From Octopus vulgaris (Eukaryota): DNA of 64,000 nt. The DNA is taken from the NCBI GenBank assembly GCA_951406725.2, contig OX597818.1:100378001-100442000 (forward strand), given 5' to 3'. Under the pieces are notes generated by a model, which did not search any database, had not been told where the DNA came from, and saw only the letters and a list, made by a program, of their open reading frames with translations. Positions 53,920-64,000 of the stretch are shown in pieces. Within the stretch, counting starts at the first letter, position 1, and each line of letters opens with the position of its first letter. A program made the translations under genes and the position numbers.

Positions 53920-54835
53920 TTGGACCGAGTATGCAATATGTTTTACACGATGAAATAAAATTTAATTAAAACTTCTTTGCGTGTAGCTCAGAGTAAACAC
54001 AACATAGCGATGACAGTTAGCAATACTGGAAAAAAAGAAACAAAAGGTAAGTTTTAAGAACTTAAGTGTATTACTTCCATAAAAAGTGGAAAGCTCTGTA
54101 TATGACTTTATTCAGTGGTATTCTTTATCAGTATAGCATTGTTCATTTCAACAACGCAATCTAACAAAAAAATCTAAATAAATAATGATGTTTTTAGGCA
54201 TAGAGTGGCTTTCGATCATTTTGTCCCACGCAACTTTGTATAACTAAAACGTGATGAAACTGAGTGTAACTATTTCACGTAATTTAGTAGAATAAACGTA
54301 GCAAGCAAAGTAAGCTGGGATGTACTCAACGCCATTTAATTCCCTACCTTAGCCTGCGCAGGAAGCAGTAGATAGATATAAAATTATTGCTGATCGTACG
54401 ATACTCACATGATAGTGGATAATTACGAATAGAATCTCAACGAATTAACATACTAAGAGTTAAAGATTTTTTTTTTCCTTTTTGAGATAAAGAATAGATA
54501 TCGACACGAATTTCAGCAGTAATATGTCTCATAGACATAACAATGTCTTTGACGAATGCAATCAGATATAGACGTTTACATGATAAAGAAAGAAAAGAAT
54601 TGGTTTCGAACATTTTTGGACATCGGTAATATCTATATGTCAATCAATATTTCAAACTATCTGCTTATCTCCCTTCTTCCTCGCTGACTATGTACATATA
54701 TACATACATACATAGATACATACATACATACATACATGCATGCATACATACATATATACATATATACAAACATACATATGTACATACATGCATACACACA
54801 CACAGACACGCACATGTTCGAGTATGAATAAATAA

Positions 54836-54895
<60 letters not shown>

Positions 54896-54913
54896 ATGTG
54901 TATGTGTGTATGA

Positions 54914-54949
<36 letters not shown>

Positions 54950-55011
54950 TTATACATGTATATATACATATATATACACACTCACACATACATACATACA
55001 CACACATATAT

Positions 55012-55070
<59 letters not shown>

Positions 55071-55721
55071 TATATATGTGTGCGTGTGCATGTATACTTG
55101 CGAGTATATATGTGTGTGTGTTTGCATGCATATATACATATGTAATATCCCAGTGAAAATATTTGTACATGAACTCTATAAGAATGTGTGTGTGTCTAGG
55201 CGATCATGTGTACATGTGTAACTATGAACATTAGCGCTTATCACTGCAGTATCTTTTCTTTATTTATTAGATGTCTTCGTATTTTTACATCCCTTTCATG
55301 TAAATCTTATTACGACCCGTTGGCGAGTGATTATAATGTTTATTACAGCGATTATCATGTATAATACGTGAAATAGCTGGTACGATTATAGTCCGTTTAC
55401 AATAGGCTTAGAGCAACATCAATCAAAGAAGAATTTAGCAAGCATCTCTATGATAAAGGAAAATGATAACTTTCTTTTTTCCTCTGACAATAAAGAGCTC
55501 GTGACACGATATTGTAATTTATTCTTGGTTTGATGCATGTCATACTTGGACTAAATGGTATTTTGTAAATTATTTCATGAACCATTTCCTCTCGTCAATC
55601 TGTCCCTGCTATTGTTTATATTTCATCGGGATTTTACCGTAATTGCCTTATATAACCTTATAATATCTACTGGAAATATCAACGTGTAGATTTACTAAGT
55701 AATCGAATAGAAGAAAAATAA

Positions 55722-55781
<60 letters not shown>

Positions 55782-55984
55782 TACATATACGTATATATTT
55801 ATATATATACCCATATTTTATATATATAATTATATATTATATGTATAACTATGTAGGTATAAATGTCCAGTTATAGCTGTTAGATAAGTAGACACACGTA
55901 CCTCCTTACATAGATATACAAATACGCCCCCGTACACACACATACACAAACACATACACTATACACATATATACAAATTGGCAG

Positions 55985-56300
55985 CCCATCCGTTACGATG
56001 ATGTGTGTTGCAGTTAAACCTTGCTATAGAACAACCTGCTCGTGAAATCACGGTTGAAGTGGCTGAGCACTCCACGGACACGCATACCTTTCATTTAGTT
56101 CTCAATTATATTCAACGTGATTGAACATGTGAGGAGGCTGCTCCTTTGAAAAACAAGTACTTCTCATTTTTGTCAGCTGAGTGGGAAGTAGCAAGGTGGT
56201 ATAAATTGTCTTGCTCAAGAGCATGACACACCCCATTATATCGAACTCACAATTGCACGATGATGAGCCGATTACCCTAACCAATAAACCACACACTATC
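55985..56300 (-). mobile_element. Diverged SINE family C
   Basis: gtggctgagcactccacggacacg...gtcttgctcaagagca...ccctaacca. Confidence 0.65.
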
Positions 56301-56349
56301 ACTATACACACTCATGCCTCCCATATACATTTACCTACGAATATATATT

Positions 56350-56596
56350 TTTTTATTTCTTTATTACCCACAAAGGGCTAAACACAGAGGGGACAAACAA
56401 GGACAGATATCGACCCCAGTGCGTAACTGGTACTTAATTTATCGACCCCGAAAGTATGAAAGGCAAAGTCGACCTCGGCGGAATTTGAACTCATAACGTA
56501 ACGGCAGACGAAATACGGCTACGCATTTCGCCCAGCGTGCTAACGTTTCTGCCATCTCGCCGCCTTAACTAACGTTTCTGCCATCTCGCCGCCGCC
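56350..56596 (-). mobile_element. SINE family A with a duplicated head segment
   Basis: ctaacgtttctgccatctcgccgcc occurs twice in tandem. Confidence 0.85.
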
Positions 56597-56857
56597 ATAT
56601 ACATTTGTATATATGAGTATACCTATAGATGCATATACTTATAAATATTTGTGAGTGTGTGTGTATGTGAGTGTGCGTGAGGGAGGGAGAGAGAAAGAAA
56701 GAGACAGAGTGAGTGCATGTCTGAGTATGTCTATAATAGTGTGTGTATTTTCTGTTAGATGTATTTTAATGAGGGGATTAATACAAACAGAAATTCGAAA
56801 GAATTCAATGTAACACGCAACATTCTAGGTATAGCTGTTTCTTGTCATTCGATATTA

Positions 56858-57059
56858 CGAGGAGGTGCTGAAACTGTTACTGGCTTTGGGTAAAATGAAA
56901 TAGTGGAGGATAGGTTAATTATGATTTTATTCAACATATTCCCCCTCTCAGATTCACACCTTATTGCAGAGATCCTTCAATTCTTCTCACCCGGAAGGTT
57001 GGACCTCCATCCAGATCTTCCGCGATACCCTTAAGCCAGGAAATTTTCAGCACTCCTCG
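56858..57059. mobile_element. Mariner-type MITE with TA TSD
   Basis: TA|cgaggaggtgctgaaa...ctggctt and aagccag...tttcagcactcctcg|TA. Confidence 0.8.
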
Positions 57060-57489
57060 TATGTTCGTATGTCTAGTTATCTCCAGCGTGTCATAGGCTC
57101 TATGAAAACTCATACACAATGAATGATCCAATCCATGTTAATGACGCTTCTAAGAATATGCACTTAACGCCTCCTTAAAATTTACATTCAAGTAAAAGGT
57201 AGATATTTAATGATTTACATCAGAGTGAGCTACCACTGAAAATAAAATGCTTAAACAAAAGTAAAGCCACAAGGCGTTAATTTTATAGAATTCAGTTTTA
57301 AATAGATCCCTTAATCACAGATAATCTGGTATACATTAAAATATCTTAGAATGAAAATGCTGTTCATTTATTGCTTAGAATATATTTTCATCTACTCCCT
57401 TCTCAATTTAACCGAATAGTATACGCACCAGGAAAGTTAACACTATATGCTTCGTCATAGAAATGTAAAACTTACAAAATATTCATATA

Positions 57490-57914
57490 GTCTTTTACTT
57501 GTTTCAGTCATTTGACTGTGGCCATGCTGGAGCAGCGCCATTAGTCAAGCACAACGACCCCAGGACTTATTCTTTGTAAGCCTAGTACTTATTCTATCGG
57601 TCTCTTGTGCCGAACCCCTAAGTTACGGGGACGTAAACACACCAGCATCGGTTGTCAAGCGATGGGGGGGGGGGGCAAACACAGACATACAAACATATAC
57701 ACACACAAGCGTATACACACATACATATATATATATATATATATGCATATATTCGACAGGCTGCTTCTTTCAGTTTCCGTCTACCAAATCCACTCACAAG
57801 GTTTTGGTCGGCCTGAGGCTATAGTAGAAGACACATGCCTACGGTGTCATGTAGTGGGACTGAACCCGGAACCATGTGGTTGGTAAGCAAACTACTTACC
57901 ACACGGCCACTCCT
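57490..57914 (-). mobile_element. Full-length SINE family B
   Basis: Reverse complement of 31040-31452. Confidence 0.88.
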
Positions 57915-58525
57915 AAAATTCTTTTAAATTCCCTGCAAATTTGGGAAGAGAGAGAGAGAGAGAGAGAGAGAGTGGGAGAGAGAGAGCATGTGATAAAATA
58001 AACTTCAGTATTTTAATAAAACCTGTTTGTAGACGTCCTCGAAATGAAAGGCAAAAAAATTAACCACGGTAGCATTTGAAACCAGGACATAAAAGCAGAA
58101 ATGCCGCTAAGCAATTTTTTCAGGGTGTTAGGTATTCTGCCTGACCATCACATTCTATCAATTCATAAATTAAGAGCGAATATGTGTACAAGCTGTAACG
58201 TATGAACATTGACATTTACTATTTACCTTTATAAATTTACGCATAACGATTGAAAATATATTACTGTAGATCAAACATACTAAGTCCTTATATCTATAGC
58301 TTTCATTCTATATTTATTAGATATTCTTTACGCGATAATTTTATTATAAACTTTTTTCTTTCGGTTTCTCTGTCTGATATATTTCTATTCGTATATCGCA
58401 TTTGACACATACGCACACAAACACTCATACACACAGAAACACCATCCCACTATACACACACATGAACATAGTTGAGTTTACACACGGATGTACTCACATA
58501 CATTTATATATATATACATACATAT

Positions 58526-59530
58526 ACACAAAGAAGTTGAACAAAATAATGGAATTACCTTGTTAAATGGAAGTTATTTATTACGGAGTGCTGTATATCT
58601 GGTATCAACCACGAATTTAATACGTCTAAGATTTGACTGATACAGGTTCTGAATGGTTATTAATGGAATTTTGTGCCATTCCTCGGGTAAAACCTGCTTT
58701 ATCTCTTTCACTGGGGATGATGAATAGCTCTTCAAATTCTACTCCAATATACACAATAAATATTCGATTATCTTGAGATCTGGTGAATGTCGGGGCTAAT
58801 CTAAGTGAGCTCTGCCTTTGGTATTGTTCGCACAAATTTGAATAGCATCAGCTGTGTGAAACGGCACATTATTGTCCTGGAAGATTGTGCTACCGTACCT
58901 CAGGATGGATATAATAAAAAATACTCATATTATCCTTGACGTCAACCTTGTCATGTAGAATATCAAAAGGGCCTATAGAATCACATGACTGCCTAAGCCA
59001 TCTCGGTTCTACCAAAATGCTTCACATTACAAGACAAATGATCAGTGTTGGAGGCTTATCTGTGCAGTCTCCAAATACAAACTCGCCCAGAAGCAGCAAA
59101 AAGAAAGAATGGAATTTCATTAGCGTTGGCATTGCTCTGTTGAACTATTGACCACTTCTAATTGTCTACACAATGTTGATGAGGAACAGGAGAGTTTGCC
59201 AGCTTCATATGATATTTAGCTTAATGGAATTCATGAAAAATTTTTCTGGTTGGCACAGAATTGGTAAGATGGCGGTTTAGCTCTGCACTCACATTTGCTG
59301 CTGGATTTTGATGGTTTGTAGACTCCATAGTTCCACTATTTTACTGATTGTAACTGTGAACTTTGGATTCCGTCCAAAATTATGCTTGTCAGAATTGTTT
59401 TTATCCTGGTTTTGGAATGTCAACAGGATTTCACAGACTGAACTACTTGGAGCGTTATATTATTCAGCAGTTTTATTGACCGAAACTCCAGGTATCCACA
59501 CTCCTACAGTTTGCTCCCTTTGGAAATAAG
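58526..59530 (-). mobile_element. Decayed Tc1-like (DD34E) transposon
   Basis: My translations HNFGRNPK, GRVCIWR, VKHFG, IFQDNNVPFHTA, HSPDLKIIEYL and EEWHKIPLITIQNLYQS; TIR-like gaacaaaataatggaa near 58540. Confidence 0.8.
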
Positions 59531-60565
59531 ATAGGTCACATATTTTAGCGTATTTAAACATAAATATCTTCAAAAGAGACAGAAAAGCGGCGTATCATGA
59601 AGTTTAAAGCATGCATTATGCATATGAAGACATATATAGAGACTAGAACAGATTTGAAATTCCCATGTTGCCAACACAAAAACAGTAAAATAAAACGTAG
59701 TGTTTCTATCAATTTTTCCAAAATATATACGTGTATACACACGTGTGTATATGTGAATGTCTGTGTATCACTACTTATAATTTTAGTGTACAAATATAAG
59801 ACGAATACACACAGTCTTTATAATATATTATTTTGAGCTTCATTTAATATTTTAGTGCTACACCACATAGACACAACTGTAGACACTTTTGTTGAGATAA
59901 ATATTTGATTTTATTGATTCCAGTGGTTGACTGACACCTCGAATTATCGACAACGGATGAATCTGCACGAAAGCAGACGATGGCGTTAACGATCCCAATA
60001 AATTATTGTGAGACATTTTCTTCAACGTGCAAACAATTCTATCAATGAATAATAAATGTCAAATTATAGTAAATATTTTAACACAAACAACACAAATTGC
60101 CAAACTATTTTTGAAATGGCAAGACATATTACCTGGTATTGAGTTTTGAAATTGTTATTATCTCTTGAAGAATGTCGCAATTAAGAATAACAAGAATTCT
60201 AATATTTTGCTAAATATTTTGGGCATGAAAGATGAAATCTCTACATATGGACAATACAATCAACTTCGAAATGGAAATATTTTGACAGAAACTGCGAAGA
60301 AGTTTTCTATAAAGGAGGCTACTTTTAGAATAATTACAATAAACGTTGTTAAATCAAGATTTTGATAAATTCAAAATCAAACTTCATACATTCGTAGTAC
60401 CAATATGGAAACAGCGGGAAAATCTTTATTATTTCGGATAGGATTAATACAGAAAGATCATTTATAGACACATTTGTTATATAGGAAATAAACGAAAAAC
60501 TAGCAATTCTTTACAGAATAGGATTTAAAGGATGAATTAGCGGACATGGTCACAATAATTCCCGA

Positions 60566-60612
<47 letters not shown>

Positions 60613-60617
<5 letters not shown>

Positions 60618-60963
60618 TGTACATTTAAACACATAAGAGGCATCCATCATAGGACTCCTTGCACGCTAGAGAGAACAGGTAAATTCCAAACCACTTTAGG
60701 GATAAAATTTCGAAGAGAATGAAAAATAAAAACATTTACCGTCTAACTCCTGGACCAATGGTTTCAGACTATTTTTAGCAAATAAAATAATCTGCTAGGC
60801 TAAGTCTGAATCTATTGGCCCAGGTGTTAGATGGTAAATGTTTTTTTATTTTTCATTCCCTTCGAAATTTTATCCGTAATAGTGGTTTGGAATTTAACTG
60901 TTCTCTCTAGCGTGCAAGGAGTCCTATGATGGATGCCACTTGTGTGTTTAAATGTACACTGTA
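60613..60963. mobile_element. Fold-back element with arms of about 155 bp adjoining (TA)n; arms begin in a hammerhead-like 3' half
   Basis: 60613-60770 is the inverse of about 60803-60963; the minus strand at 60753-60765 reads GAAACCATTGGTC; its tail also resembles 50013-50072. Confidence 0.85.
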
Positions 60964-61269
60964 GTTATATGAAGAGTATATAGTCTATTGACTAAATTCA
61001 TTACCTATGTCCATTACCAATGGTCTAAATTCTTACACTCTAGACCATAGGTAATGGACATTTCTAATATTTCCTGAATACCCTTTGATATTATATATAT
61101 GTATACATATTTCGTTTTTGGATTTGGTTTGCAAGATTCGTTATATGAGTTCGTGTGTTGAAGCATATTCTGTTGTGTTTGGGGAGAGTCATTTTCTTTT
61201 TTGTGCCTTATAATGTAACACACTCGCCGGTAAAATTTCCACTTATTTTCTATTTTTATTTTCCCAAAC

Positions 61270-61346
61270 TTTTCGTTGCGTCTTGCAACCTTTTCAATAG
61301 TTTTGACTCTCAAAACTATTGAAAAGGTTGCAAGACGCAATGAAAA
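61270..61346. repeat. Perfect 31-bp-stem hairpin with a 3-nt loop
   Basis: 61276-61306 is the exact inverse of 61310-61340; loop ctc; extends 6 bp with one G.T pair. Confidence 0.95.
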
Positions 61347-61357
61347 TGCGTAGAATG

Positions 61358-61620
61358 TTATTATTTTAGTTCATGTTGGAACTACCGGAGTCTTTCATGC
61401 ATAGTGGCTTTGCTACCAGCAGCCTAGGATACCATGTCCTTTTCAACCATCTAATACCTTCTTGATGATTCTGGTCGTGCCAAGAACACAAAACATTTGT
61501 AACAGTTCTACTGGGCACTCTAAGCCGATTTCGTTTATATTTCTCTTGATGACTTATGATACTTTCCCAAAGGACCCGACAATAATTGTCACTATCGTCC
61601 CTTTCTTCTGGTGCATAGTA
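61358..61620 (-). mobile_element. 3' end of an R4-like LINE (restriction-like endonuclease C-terminus and short TAA tail)
   Basis: TIVTIIVGSFGKVS...IGLECPVELLQMFCVLGTTRIIKKVLDG* resembles PIVIGALG...LQKxxLLGTARIxRKVL. Confidence 0.75.
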
Positions 61621-61784
61621 CTGCGGAGGATTGTATATATGTTTATTTCTACGTCTTGCTTAATTATTCATGCGTCAAAAGAGCATGCTACATCAGATCT
61701 ACAACATATGTGGTTCACATTCTCGACCACCACTAGATCCGCTTGTGCTCAAGCACCTTATATATTTGGATTGGGATTATTCGG

Positions 61785-61960
61785 CAACCTGGCGGAATCA
61801 TTAGCACGTCGGGCAAGATGTTTAGCGATGTGTCTTCTGGCTCTATACGTTCTGAGTTCAAATCTCCCTCGGGATCGACTTTGTCTTTCCTCCTTTCGTG
61901 GTTGGTAAAATAAGTACCAGTTGAACGCTGGGAATGACGCAATCGACCTCAACCACGAAT
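61785..61960 (+). mobile_element. Diverged SINE family A followed by (TTC)n(TTA)n
   Basis: cgttctgagttcaaat...aaaataagtaccagttg. Confidence 0.7.
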
Positions 61961-61996
61961 ATACCAAAATTCTTCTTCTTCTTCTTCTTCTTCTTC

Positions 61997-62082
<86 letters not shown>

Positions 62083-62728
62083 GTGCCCTAAAGTGACTGA
62101 TAAATGAAGCAAAAAATAAATAGAATTTGTGTCGTTAAAATATGCTGACCCCAAAACAAAAACAATATACATATATAATTTACATTATCGTCGTATTTGG
62201 GACCCAGAAGCCATCATATCGCGTATCTGCTCCTCGAAAAGAACAAAAAACGTCTATATAAAAACTAACTAAAAAGAAGAACATAAAGCAAACCATTAAA
62301 AGAGACGTTTAATCAAAACAAAACATACCAAGCACTTGTGTTACTTTCGTATAACAAGAAAAACTAAGTAATTGTATTTTTCTATCATCAATATTCTATA
62401 AAGATTACAAGCCTTCGGCTATGTCTCGCCTATATTTTCCAACATAATGGATGTAAATTACCGTAATAGCCTTCTGAGGAATCAGGTGCAGATACTACAT
62501 TGTTTATCCGTATATATTACAAAGTTGATATTTATCTATGCTATGTTATATTCAGTATGCGTCTTAGCAAAGGAATGAGGAATTTTTGAAATAAACAAAT
62601 GTTATTTATTTATATAGAAAAATCACATGATATATTAACATCTTACCTATACCTCTCAGTAGGAAGCTTCTTGTAGAGCTATATGTCTATGCATGTGTAT
62701 ATTTACAACATTTATATCTATCTATATG

Positions 62729-62829
<101 letters not shown>

Positions 62830-62985
62830 GCGTGTATGTGTGTATCTATATACACATACGTATGCCTATGAGAGTGTGTGGTGGAACAAGCATGAGATTC
62901 AGCATGATGCGATAGTAATTTAATTGCATTTGTGTGTATGAGTGTGATTTTATGCGAATGTATATGTGTGTGTACGTGTGTGTGA

Positions 62986-63016
<31 letters not shown>

Positions 63017-63135
63017 CATAAACGTCCATAAGCATACCCTTTGCTAGCAGAGTCTAATCAGATTCGAAGTGGATTTGGAACCTTAAACCCTACATTTTCC
63101 AATGTTTTAGTGAGAACTCATATATAGTGAGAACT

Positions 63136-63325
63136 CAACTTCACGGAAGGAGGTGCAGATGAGGGCAACTGCATCGAACTCTCTCATGCACCAAATGGCA
63201 ATTGCTAAAAAGCATTCGTGAAGTAAAATCATGTAGCAACACCAAATGGCGGTGCCACAGCATGGCCACAGCTCGCGAGCTGAAACTATATAAAATAAAA
63301 TAAAAATAAAAAATAAAATAAAAAT
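63136..63325 (+). mobile_element. Short 3' tail of the CR1-group LINE
   Basis: Reverse complement of about 18050-18205, with a (TAAAA)n tail. Confidence 0.9.
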
Positions 63326-64000
63326 ATGTTGTCGGCGCTGCTGCACAAGATTGTATGACCAATTATGATATATATGTAGTGTAAAACGGAGAAATTATTT
63401 GACGCATGGGACATTAATGAGACGTGGATAAGTCAAATTTGGCCAAACATGTAGTTAATCTGAATGTGGGAAAGAAATGTATTGTGCATTTGGAAGATTG
63501 GAAGGCAGAATGAAAGAAACCTTCGAGTATAACTTCAGAGAATAGAGAATAACCAGGTTTACACAAATGGATAGCATTACGATTTACCGATATAATGTGT
63601 TTTCGGATTTGATACAGTTACGCACGAAGACACTTGCATTTATAAAAAGTAGAAATAGACTTTCATCGAAAAATAGCCTGAAGGACAGACTCAAAGTATA
63701 AATGCGTCTGATTATGCTAAAATTTAAGAGATAGTTTGGAGAAAAGTTTCATGAGATCAAAACCGGATCTCCCCAAATTCACAGGATAGAGAGAAATCGA
63801 GTGTCTAAGGTGAGGAGAAGAAAATATATTATTATTCACAGGAAGCGAAGAAATCTGGAACATTTGTGGTTATCGGCACTATTTAGAGTTTTGTTCCAAT
63901 TGTTTTCAACTTTGGGGAATGGATTAAGTGTTCTATACTAATTATGATAATGAAATCCTTTTTCCTATAAATCAATGTTTAAAAATATTTTAATTATTAA

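Overview
AT-rich animal DNA, either intronic or intergenic. The SINE families and the very high (TA)n/(CA)n/(TAA)n density suggest a coleoid cephalopod such as Octopus; this is my recognition, not a database result. No intact protein-coding gene is visible, and most listed ORFs are microsatellite translations. The window contains four tRNA-derived SINE families, two 5'-truncated CR1-group LINE copies plus a 3' tail, decayed RTE, R4-like and possible L1/Tx1 LINE fragments, mariner and Tc1 remnants, a mariner-type MITE, Helitrons, and a Penelope-like element (PLE) RT fragment. The most notable pattern is a set of hammerhead-ribozyme motifs (one near-canonical, several minimal ones with palindromic stem III, several 3' halves). 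Many lie in long tail-to-tail fold-back repeats next to (TA)n tracts, consistent with non-autonomous PLE pseudo-LTR derivatives. Two splice-bounded hydrophobic segments on the minus strand are candidate host exons.
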